Below, piece by piece: positions 48,401 through 59,258 of a DNA stretch of 64,000 nt. Below the pieces are notes generated by a model. The model was not told the origin of the DNA. It did not search any database and worked only from the letters and a program-made list of their open reading frames with translations. The position numbers and the translations under genes are program-made. The DNA comes from Moniliella sp. 'wahieum' (taxonomy: Eukaryota). The DNA lies in NCBI GenBank assembly GCA_003971905.1, contig RSEE01000032.1, positions 620,001-684,000 on the forward strand, written 5' to 3'. The first letter of the stretch is position 1; every line of letters starts with the position of its first letter.

Positions 48401-51400
48401 ATGGACTACCCCTTTCCGGTGCTGCACCGCCAAGAGTCCGCCACCAGCACCTCCACCCACTCCAGCATCAGCTCCGACACTGGTGCCCGGACCAGCGTGT
48501 CAGACCCAGCACAGCAGATGCGAGGCGCACCCGAAGTGCTCGATCCGACGACTGGCAACGCTGGCATGATTCCTTTCACCGCGGCGAGTTGCATCGTTTC
48601 CGGTCGGGCCACCCTGAGGCGTTAGAGGCGCTTATGCTCCCTCCACTGATGCTCCCCAGACCACAACCGCGCCCCGCTAGAATTTAAGGATGCTTTCACT
48701 TCCAGGAGTATGTCCCCCGCTTCCTTTTGTTACCTGAAGGTCGATCTGACCATCCGCTTGACCTCTTAGATCTGCCGCACCAAAGGCCAGATGACACACG
48801 CACTGCTAAGCGTAAGCGCAATGCTGCTTTGCGAAGGCATGGCTTTATTACCGTCCACGACCGCCCCCGGCTGCACCGTCTCATGCGTCATGCCCGCATG
48901 GTGTTTAATGTGCCTGTGGTGATGGTGTACATGCCTTGCTTGGCTGACCAGGACCTACAACTTGTCCTAGATAGTGATGATCAGGTGCAGGTTCACCGTC
49001 TCTCGCGGCGGAGGGCAGAGGCGCTGTCTCTCCACCGAGTGGTCGACATGAGATTGCTTGTTATTGAGGATACCGACCGAGAGCCGACTTCCTCCCCCTC
49101 CCCCTCCCCCTCCTCCTCTTCTTCCTCCACTTCCACCTTCTCCGCCACCACTTCCACCCCCCTTTTCCGCGCGAAGCTGGGACTGGATCCGGATGGGATT
49201 ATTTCTGGCCACGATTCCGCTTCATTGCCAGTGCACCCATTACCCTCTCCACCCCTTCCATTGAGGTTGGGGCGGAGGAGGGACGGGTGCCTGTGGGGCG
49301 GCTGTGTGTGTTGGACTACACCCCCCGTGAGTTTGGCAGGAATTCCCAAGAGTTGCTTTGGGAGGAGGCTGTGCTCATGTCCGAGTTCCTCGAGTACGAT
49401 TATCGCCAAGTTCAAGCAAACCGTGCCAAGAGTGCCCAGCTTACTCTTGCCTTTCTGGCAGCGTCAGTGGACAATCCTCACCGTTTGACATTGGGCAAGG
49501 AAACCGGCGGTCAGCATCGGGGGGACGACCCAGTTGCCACCCCGCCTGCCCATCCAGGAGAGGAGAAGCGCCAGTTTCCTGGGCTGACACCTGAGCAGAT
49601 CGAAATCACTGCCTTCGAGGCGCGTGCCAAGTTTATGTGCCAAAATTTACGGCGTAGCCTGCAGGCTACCACGGCGTTCGTCGTCGACGCCTCCAAGCTG
49701 TGCTCCTCACAACATATTCTCCAGCCCTACCGCCGTCTTGGTCGGCCCGTCCATTATTCTCCTCAAACTTCATCCAATGCAACTCCGATCGACGAGTGGG
49801 ATGCGATGCGCGTGTCGGACGCCGAGTTACGCCATCTTCTTCCTACACTGTTGGCTTATGACGGACCCGACGACGGGCAGCCCAATGTTTCTACTATTGA
49901 GGCCGCCCGGGAGTTGGAGCAACTCCTCCCCAACATGATGTCCGACGCGAGTGTACGCTTTTTTGACGCTAGGAAAAAGGACATCATCTCTGGATTCGGA
50001 GAGAGCGCCGCCTGGCCGCCTTCATCTCCCGTCATTGGGGGAAGAACGGCTTCGCCCGCATCTCCAATTGGCACTTCTCCTCTGGGAGGCAATATAGAGA
50101 TGCCAATCCCTTCCCGTCTTTGTTGGCCAGCAACCCAACGCTGTCGCAGACCACAATGCTGGCGGCCTTGCCTGTCTGCTCGACGGACCGCACGAGAGTG
50201 CATTTTTTCGTCCTGACGTTTAAAAACCTAGTCGCGTTTGACGACGTTGATCTCCTCCTCTTTCAAGGTACAAGCGATATTTATCAATCCAGCATTGTCC
50301 GCCAGGAAGCACGAGCGGCGAGCGACGCCCAGTTACGCTTCATCCAATCGGTTCAGCATGAACTGCGCACGCCCCTTCATGGTGTTCTGGGTACCGCAGA
50401 GATTCTGAAGGTGTTGGTCACCACTAAGACTTTGCCCAGCGAAGCAGAGCGGGCTGGCATGACAACTGACGAGCTCACTTTGCGCTTGATCAATACGTTG
50501 ACCCTCTCGGCTTCCACACTCTCGACGCTTCTGGATGACGTACTGGACTTTGGAAAGGTTCCGGAATTCGCCAAGAGGATCAGCTTGAAACGGAGCAGAC
50601 AGTTGAGGCAGTGCAGCCGACCGATATTGTTGCGCTCGTACAGAATCCGCCCTTGAAGAGTTTGAAAAAGCGCAGCTCGAGCGGCGAACCAAGGCTGTAA
50701 CCGACAAGGAGTTTGTCTTTCCTCAGTTCATCATCTCGGCTAGCGACGAGGCACGGCGTTCTTCGTGGGAAGTGGCTGCCGGGACTCTGCGTAAGGTCGT
50801 ACAGAAGATCGTGAGCAACTCGCTTCGTTTTACCTGGGAGGGCACGGTGGAAGTTCACCTCTCTACACTCCCCTCCCCCGATGAGACCACTGTGGCCAAC
50901 GGATCATCCTCTGGTGCGTTGGAGCCAAAACTACATGTGACTGGGCTAGCTCATCCAGAGTTGGGGCCGAGCCATACAGCACCCTCCGTCTCGCCACTCA
51001 AAGTACCTCCCGGCGCGACACCAACAGTGGAGTTGGTCATCGCTGACTCGGGGTTGGGCATGTCGGTGGACTTTTTACGTGATGGATTGCTGCGGCCGTT
51101 CGTCAAGCATAGCACCTTTCGTCCCGGTGTTGGGCTAGGTATCCCCCTTGCTGTCGGGTTGATTGAGCAATTGAACGGACAAGTGTCCGTTCAGTCAGAG
51201 CTTGGACGCGGCACCAAGGTCGTCATCCGTCTCCCGCTCCGGCGGGCAGGCAATCTGGACGTGGAGGACATGTGGACGCCCGGCTTGCTGGGAACGCTTC
51301 CGACACGTAGGTCATCCCAGTCCGCTGGGGCCATGACATTTTCCTTTGCTTCCGATCTGGACCGCATCGGGGTGGCGATCAAGCAGTTTTTGCTGTCGGG

Positions 51401-52823
51401 GCCTTGCGTTGAGGTGGCCTTGTCCGAGGCGGATGTAGTGATCGTCTCTGCTGACGAGCACGATACACCTGCGACGGCGACAGCAGCCGCTACGATGAAG
51501 AAGACGGCGAGAGTGGCTCTTGTTTGCCGTGAAGCCAGCCGCCCTATAGACACGAGTATCTTTGTCGGCCATGCCCTCCACCTCATTCGGCCTCCATGGG
51601 CGTATGCCAGCCGGGCAGCTTTGCGAGACTTTGTGATGGACCCCAAGCCTTTTGCACTCCAGCCGGCCCCGCTCTTTCGCCGCTCCCTATCAAGCAAGTC
51701 GGCGACCGCAACAGCCACCGCCACTACCGCACAGAGTACGAAGTCGGTGCCGGTTCCGCCTCCGGCCCCGTTCCGTAGCCCACTGCTCCTTCCGCCTTTC
51801 CAAGAGAACATGTCGCCAACGTACCCCAGCGCCCTGCTTCCACTACCTCCTCTCGGGTCTCATCGCTCGACCCATCTTTCACCCAGGTTGCATTGGCAGG
51901 AAAGTTTGCGTTGGCGCCACTTGCTCCCGTATCCCCCCCACTCTCAAGCCCCGGTCCACCTATTGCCATCTCCGGTTGAACAAAACGTACCGCCAGGCCA
52001 TGTTCTCTCGTCGGCGTCGGCATCTGTCTCTGTCTCTGCCGCTGCCTCTGGCCCTACATCTGCCAATACCTCGGTTTCATTCGCTGTTACACCAGTCCCA
52101 GTCCAAGCCCCAGTCCTCGTTTCCCCACGCAAGGCTCAGCTCCCTGCCTTGCTCCAACCCACTCCATCGATCGCCGCTGAAGCGCAGCCTGCTGACTCTC
52201 CAACCGTGGCCCAACCGGTGGGGCTACCTGTCAACCCTTCGGTGCTCGCGCGCGCCGCCTCCCCTTCGGTGCTCGCGCGCGCCGCCTCCCCTTCGGTGCT
52301 CGCGCGCGCCGCCTCCCCTTCTTGGCTCCGCGGTGGGGTCGCGATGGGATTGATCCCCAGCACGTCGGCTTCTTCCGAAATGAGTGATGGGCCGGACGAA
52401 TTTCGGGTGCTGGTCGTCGAAGACATCCGATCAACATGCGTTTGTTGGTCAACTGCGTCAAACGCGTGGGTTTGCCGTACGACGAGGCGCGAGACGGGGT
52501 GGAGGCTGTGGCCAAGTTCCAGCTGTTCAAGCCGCTGGTGGTCCTGCTCGACATGTCCCTCCCGCTCAAAGACGGCTTTGCTGCAGCGACAGAGATGCGT
52601 CGCCAGTCCCATCCGAGCGCTGTCAAGGCCAAAATTCTTGCCATCACCGCACTTTCTGATCCCGAGACCGGGCCGGGGTCTGCAAGAGTGCGGGATCACC
52701 GAGTGGCGGACAAAGCCCGTGTCGATTCGACGCTACAGAAACCTGGTGGCGTGGCACGCGGCGTGGAAATCAGAGCGTGATACGCTCTCTTGTGTTGCGC
52801 CCGCCTGCTCTGTTCACACCTAA
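48401..52823 (+). CDS. Hybrid sensor histidine kinase (GAF-like, HisKA, HATPase, receiver)
   Basis: GAF-like RLMRHARMVFNVP and VGRLCVLD..PR; H-box FIQSVQHELRTPLHGVLG; N-box IVSNSLRFT; G1 IADSGLGMS; G2 GVGLGI; receiver VLVVED...DG.EAV...VLLDMSLPLKDGF...KP. Frameshifted; ends approximate. Confidence 0.9.
52235..52321 (+). repeat. 27-bp coding minisatellite x3 (PSVLARAAS) in the kinase linker
   Basis: CCCTTCGGTGCTCGCGCGCGCCGCCTC repeated exactly three times plus a partial copy. Confidence 0.95.
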
Positions 52824-52925
52824 CGTGCGCGCCTGGGACGGTTTACGGTTTCTGGCACAGGCAGGAGTGTGAGCGTGGTCTTTTATTACTATCTCCCCAA
52901 CATCCGGATACCCTCTCTCCTGTGT

Positions 52926-53017
52926 CATCCCCATCCCCATCCCCATCCCCATCCCCATCCCATCCCCATCCCCATCCCCATCCCACCCCACCCCCATCCC
53001 CATCCCATCCCCATCCC
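52926..53017. repeat. (CCCCAT)n microsatellite
   Basis: Tandem CCCCAT/CCCAT units downstream of the kinase. Confidence 0.92.
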
Positions 53018-53505
53018 CTCCCCACCAGGCATTAACATCTGCTTTCCTGGGTCTCTGCGTCTGGGCTTTTTTCACCTCTCTGTCGTTGTTTGCGATCGCT
53101 CTTTGGGTCTATTTGCTGTGAGTCGAATGGGTACTATCTATACATTGCTTGTACGTTATGTTGCCTGTTGGGGCATCTGGGTCCAAGGCTGTTTCCGATG
53201 CCGAGCTAGACCGGGTAGCCGCTAGACAACCAACGGCTGCCGCTGCTGCCCCCCCAAACAGCAGGATCAGCCGGTGGGACGCCGTCAGGCGGTCGATAGT
53301 GCTTTCTTGTGTTCACACACTTCCCCTCTCCTTCGCCTGGCTCGCCCCGAGCGATGGCGACAGGCGGAAGCATCATGCATCGGCACACGCACGTGACCGG
53401 TGAGTGCCGCCATCGCCCCCGGCCCAGCGGCAGCCGAGCCGGTCTGCTGCTGGGCGCTTCTGCACCGCCTCCGCCACCTCCACCACCTCCACCACCTCCA
53501 CCGCC

Positions 53506-54739
53506 ATGTCCGACGCTGCGCCCCCAATGCGCCAGCGCCCGAACAGGCGTCTGCGCCCCAGCCAGCGGAGGAGAACCCGACCATCGCACCCGCTCCGTCA
53601 CCCACCAGTCTCCGGCCCGAAGTGGTCCAGTCCGCTCTCACCTTTCTCCGCCACCCGACGTAGCCACTGCCCCGCTGTCCCAACGCATTGCCTTCCTCGA
53701 GTCCAAGGGGCTGTCTTCCAGCGAGGTCGACGCAGCCATTGCCCGTGCGGGTACTGCCTCGGCGCCTGCGCCTGCGCCTGCGCCTGTCTTTGCCTCTGGG
53801 TCGGCCCCCCGTTGGGCCTGCTTCGGGTACGGGTACCCTGCCCCCTATGCTGGGTATGCTCCGCCGCCGCCCTCGCGCGCACAGAGCGACTGGCGCGACT
53901 GGTTCATCATGTCGGTCGTTGGCGGTGGTGTGGGATACGGCCTGTACACACTGGGCAAGCGCTGGCTCTACCCGTACCTGCAACCGCCGTCGAACAGTGC
54001 GCTGGAGGCCGACTTGGCTGCGTTGACGGCGCGGTACGATGCGGTGGAGAAGCAGTTGGCCTCGTTGGACAGCGCCACGGCGGCGCGAAAGCGGGGATTG
54101 ATGCACAGCAGGCGCTTGTCGTGGCGGCGACAAGGGACGTGCAGGATGTACTGAAGGAAGCCGATAAGCGGGAGGCGCAGCGCGACCAAGAACTCCGCCA
54201 ACTGCAACGCCAAGTCGACGACGTCAATGCCCAGTTGAACCGCATGTTTGATGCCCACAAGGAGGCACAAAGGCCGCTCTCGACGGGATCACCACCGAAG
54301 TCAAGAGCCTCAAGACCCTCTTTCTCTCCCGCACCGCTGCCCCTGCTTCCCCGGGCAGCGGCGCCGCCAGCCCCTCGTCTGTTCCCCCAGGCCAACGATG
54401 CCTCGCCCCTCGGTGCCGAGCTGGCAGCTGGCGATAAACCGACCATTCCGGCGTGGCAACAACTTCCCATCGACAAGGACGTTCCGAGCAAATCCACTGA
54501 ACCCGAGCGGGCATCCAACGAAGCCAATGGGACGTCCCTGGGGTCGGGGTCCTGCTTTTGCTCCGGCTGCGGTGGCGGACGCTACGCCAGTATCGACATC
54601 GACATCGGCATCGTCGTCCGAGGTGCCTAAACCCACCATTCCAGCTTGGCAACTCGCCAGCTCGACGCCGTCGCAGCAAGCAAACCCTGTCCCTGCTTTC
54701 CCCGGTACCGCCGATGGTCGTGACCCGGCGGAGGTGTGA
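53506..54739 (+). CDS. PEX14: Peroxisomal membrane docking protein Pex14
   Basis: N-terminal domain RPEVVQSALTFL..P.VATAPLSQRIAFLESKGLSSSEVDAAI; DWRDWFIMSVVGGGVGYGLY; coiled coil; KPTIPAWQ twice. Confidence 0.95.
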
Positions 54740-54987
54740 TTGCGGACAAGCGGGGGCTGGCGTTCCTGATGCCTAGAGTGCCGACAGACGTCTATCTCCC
54801 TCATGTGGCTGTCTCGCCTGGTTCTGGTGAAGCGTCCAGCCACGTGATCATTTCATTTCAAACGAAAGAGCGTGCAATCAGTTCACAGATAGCAGAGGAA
54901 AATGGGAGGAAAAGGAGATCCCGAAATGAGGATAGAGGGAAGAGGTAGGTGGTACAAAACGAAAAAAGTCCAGGGATGAGTACTTAG

Positions 54988-56530
54988 CTAAACCAGCATG
55001 GCTAACACCCTGTCGCCACCAGGGCCAGAAGAGGGAACGGTGCCGTAGCTCCCTCCGCCGAGGAGGTGCGCTGGTATCACTTGACTGCTTTCCGGAGGAA
55101 GGACGGGCGGCTTGGGATGAGGCTGCTCCCGAGTTGATGCCCGAAGCGGAGTCTGAGCCTGAGGACGAAGAAGGAGGAGGAGCGGTATACTCGTCCAAAC
55201 CCTGGACAAAGAGACGGTACTGACTCTGAGGATGAGAGCATCGGTAATCCATGTGCGAAAAGGGAAGAAGGTCGAGGGTAAAGTTTTTGGCTGGAATGGA
55301 GCATAGGACTTCTCCACATTCTGTCCACGTTCGAGATGAGAATCACCCTCGCACTGCGCTTCCGGATTTGTATCCCCTGCTCCATGGTCATTGGTGCCAA
55401 GGGCATGATGCATCGTTCGTCCAAAGTAACGGGAGAGTGTAGCATTTTTGTCAAACCCGTTCTTGGCGTAGGCGGTAGACCACCAGAAAGGCCATAAGGC
55501 CAAGTATCGTACCCCGTTGCAGGGCATTTTCCCTGTCCTGGTGAGACAGGACGGTCTTCAGAGGGCCACACGTACGACCCACAGTTTCCGTACCAGAAAC
55601 GCAAATTGGCATCGTTCTTGTCGGGCTTGCGGAGAAGAGCATAGCGGTGGGTAAACGAGCAGCCAAGCGAGTGTCCAGCCAGGAGAACCGTGTTGACATT
55701 CGGGTAGGTCGAACGGTCAAAGAAGCTGTCCACAAGTTTATCAAACGCGCGAAAGGAGGACACCGAGACGTCGCCCGGCCCCCGGGTCAGGTCACCTTGG
55801 GCCCAACTGCTGCTTCCAAAGTAAAGATCGCCATCCTGAACGGCACCCTTGGCCTGCTCCAGGTTAGATTGCCATGCCGGTGAAGCGATCAGGATGGTTT
55901 CCATGTCACCCCGAGGGTGGCATTGTTTGCAGCGCAGAGAAGGTTGTTGCGGACCAAGCTAGCATACTGTGTAATAGCATAATCCGCGAGCAAAGGTCTG
56001 AGTCAGTGCCCTGCCCTCTCTCTGTTCCGATATAAAAAGAGATAGAGAAAAAACGGAAGAAGAAGGAGCACGCACTTTCCAGCTGTCCCGTGGCTTGCCA
56101 GGCTGCACCACGACTACACGCTTGATCTTGCTTAGGTCCTTGCCCGTCTCGACATAGTAGGGCAAGGTGCCTCCTTTTGTTTTGCCTCCAACCTGAACGC
56201 GTTTAATGTCAAAGCCCAAGAGGTTGGGCAGCTGTTCCCAACCATCGGTCTGGCTGCCTCCAACTTGGGGCGAGCCAATAAAGACCGTGTTCTGGCACCA
56301 ATCCGTCTGGGCGTTGTCGCTGGCATCCTTGCCTTGCAGAATGGCTGTCTGGCCCGGTGCATCGCCGTCGCGTGCTCCGGGCACCGCATCCCCATGCTTG
56401 AAATGCGAAGCCAAGTAATCCGACGCCGCTTGCCCGCGACGCGCGAGGCGGAAGTGAGAGGAGGGCTTGGCGTCGACCAGCACGGCGTGCAGCAACAGCA
56501 GCAGCGCCGGGGAGAAGTGAGCAGGCGCAT
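54988..56530 (-). CDS. Secreted alpha/beta-hydrolase-fold protein
   Basis: Signal-peptide-like LLLLLHAVLVDA; VVVQPGKPRDSWK; nucleophile elbow VLLAGHSLG; RYA; YDTWPYGL; Ser-rich tail; intron around 55990-56075; stop uncertain. Confidence 0.75.
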
Positions 56531-58644
56531 GGTATGAAACGAAGGTGATGGGCGCGGGGGGGAAGGGGGGATGTGGATGTGGATGTGGATGGTGGCGGAG
56601 GGGTGGTTGAAGGATGGATTCCTTGGGCGGGCCCGATGGAGGGGAGACTGGGGAGGAGCAACGGAGAGCAAGCCACCCAGTCAACGTCGATCGGATGAGG
56701 GCCATTACCATTAGGCATTCTGCATTATACAGCCTCGTAGGCGGCCTGAACGCCTTAGGTCTTGGGCCTCCCAAGCGGCGCAGGTGCAGAGCCTCAGCGC
56801 GGATGGATGATGGGCAATGGCGAATGATGGGTGATGGATTATAGATGGGCGATGCCAAGCACACGGGGTCGGTGGCGCGGAGGGGGCACGGGGGCAGTTT
56901 GTGCGGGCTGCCAAGCTTGTGGCAACTGGGCTGGCACGGGGCGCAGTAGACACGCAGCAGCGCCGAGCTCGTTCCGTGGTGCGCGCCAGCCGAAGGAGCT
57001 GCCGCCGCCGCCAGCCGGCGTTTCCAAGCGGCCACCAGAAACAACCCCGACGGCTGCTGTCCAAAAGCAGCGAAGATACAGGAAAGCCAAGCCCAGGCCC
57101 CTGACATGTGACTTGCCTCAGGTCAATATCTGACAGGTCAATCAGCTCGACACAGCCCCTTGAAGCTTGAACGTTAAACTCATGTGAATGGTGCACACAA
57201 TAGAGTCCACTGCTTTTGTAGCGATCGAGTGTCCGTGGCTAGTACACAAACTCTCACGCTGGACGGTTAAAAGACAACTAGGTGGGAAGGGATTAATGGG
57301 TGCTCGGAAGGGAGAGGATATAGATGCTCGAGAAATGGTGTTGGTCAACGCGACGAAGTGGCTCTTACCACAGCGGGGCCCACTTGAACCGAAGACTTCG
57401 CTACTATAGTGACAGTGGCACGCTGAGTTTAGTAGTATGCCTGTGAGGAAAGGTAACAGAGACCCTCTGAGTAGTTACTGCGGTGAGAAGTGGCAGCCAC
57501 TCAGAGATTATCATCTCCGCTGTGCCCTTTCAATTACGATTGTTCGCGCAACAAGAAAAAGGTCCATCCCACCAGCTTTTTATCCGATTGGCCTCATTAC
57601 AGCTGTCGTAGAGGTTCTCTCGACACAAGCAGGACACCTAATATATCACACTCTGTAGCAACCACCAGTTGCCCTCGGGGTAGCTGCGCTGTTATGATAC
57701 AACTTCAGCTACCCCTTTTGTCCGTACCACACGCACCCCCAAGCAACTGTCAGAATCCCGTTGTCTGTTGGGTATTGCCCTCAGAGGACAGTTTGTATTC
57801 ATGTGCGGTCGTGGTAAACGCAGATAAAAGTAACGCGACTGCCACAATATAGTAGGCGCTCATCGTGACGGTGTCAATTCTGCATTAGATCTCAGAGTAT
57901 TACACCCGCCTTCGCTTGAAACGGTACCGGATTACTTATCACGCACAAGGAAGTGGGGCCAGAACCCGGATTCTAGAGACGGAATGCGTTCTTCCGGTAG
58001 CTGCCGGGCGGGGACTGCCCCTATTATATATATCCAACCACAACCATCGAGAGAGTAAGCTGGCGATGACCGGGTGGACGCCTATACACGCGTTGCATCC
58101 GACGTCCAGGGCTGCACCTTGCTTCCGATTTCTCCCTTCCCCAAGCCACGATTCATCCCACAGCGTAAACGAAATATGACCCCAACGAAAGCAATGAAGA
58201 ACCATGACCATTTGTTATGTATAAACGCGATATGACGAGACATGATACAGTGGGGTAGCTGATGACCGAGAGGACATACTCTTATAGAGGTAATTCCTAA
58301 CCATATTGCGTAGCAGTGCAGACAATACAGATGAAACGTCCACCCTCTCCTTTTAAGTACTGCACTATCAGTGGTTTTTGCTTGTTGGGCAGGAGTTACC
58401 TCACATGCATGTACAGAGAAAATATTTGGCAAAACACGCCAACCTATAAGCCCCCTGTTATACCCTCGCTGTCGGGATCAGCGTTATAGTTGTTTTCCAA
58501 CGCATTTTTTGTATGCCTGGTACACCTGCTCCCCAACTGAGGACATAACAGTAAGGCGAAGGCGAACGTACTGATCTTATTAGGTTTGCTTTCGTGGTCG
58601 ATATATGCCTACCAGACCTGATTGAGGTGTGACTCAGCAACTAT

Positions 58645-58732
58645 TCCTCGATGGTCCAACGGCTATGATGTGACGCTCTCACGAACATTGTTCGGAACCG
58701 TCAAGACCCGGGTTCGACTCCCGGTCGGGGAA
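58645..58732 (+). tRNA. tRNA-Glu (anticodon CTC) with 16-nt intron
   Basis: Acceptor stem TCCTCGA/TCGGGGA; anticodon stem TGACG/CGTCA with loop CT-CTC-A; intron 58682-58697 at canonical 37/38; T-arm CCGGG TTCGACT CCCGG. Confidence 0.96.
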
Positions 58733-58736
58733 GTTA

Positions 58737-58742
58737 TTTTTT
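58737..58742 (+). terminator. RNA polymerase III T-run terminator
   Basis: TTTTTT a few nt after the tRNA 3' end. Confidence 0.8.
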
Positions 58743-59258
58743 GCATTCGCTTCCAGTCTTCAAACCCATTTTCGCCCAGCCTCCTGTAATACACTGAGCT
58801 TTGTACCCCAGCCAAGTGTTTGACCTGGGGCTTGCCGCTGGAGATCTGACCCTAGGCGTGACTCGATACCCACAAGGTGTGAAAACTTCATACCGTCTCG
58901 TCTCGCATGGCTGTGTGTATGCACGGCGTGAGGCAGCGGAGTGTGTTGGCATCGTTGCCGATGCAGCGACTCTTCCTCCCACCGGTGGTGTGTCTGCCTC
59001 GCCAGACACGCCGCGGGATGGGGGCACGCGTCTTGCGAATGGCCCCTGCGTGGGGACGGGAGGGAGGCGGGATGGTGCATGCGGCAGGCGATCTGAGATC
59101 GGCGGCAGCACGGGCAGGGTGAAGTTGAAACGTGAAAGTGAAAGCTGCAATCCGCGCACCCCGAAAATGAAATCGACACGAAGATTGCATGGCTGGACGC
59201 GCGCTGCTCGCACGCGCCGACAAACACGTCGCTACCACTTCCACCGTCTCGCGCCTCC

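Noticed and set aside
8726..52823. Signalling gene cluster (WC-2, PLD, PDE, histidine kinase)
   Set aside because: The genes are interspersed with unrelated housekeeping genes, and nothing in the sequence indicates co-regulation.
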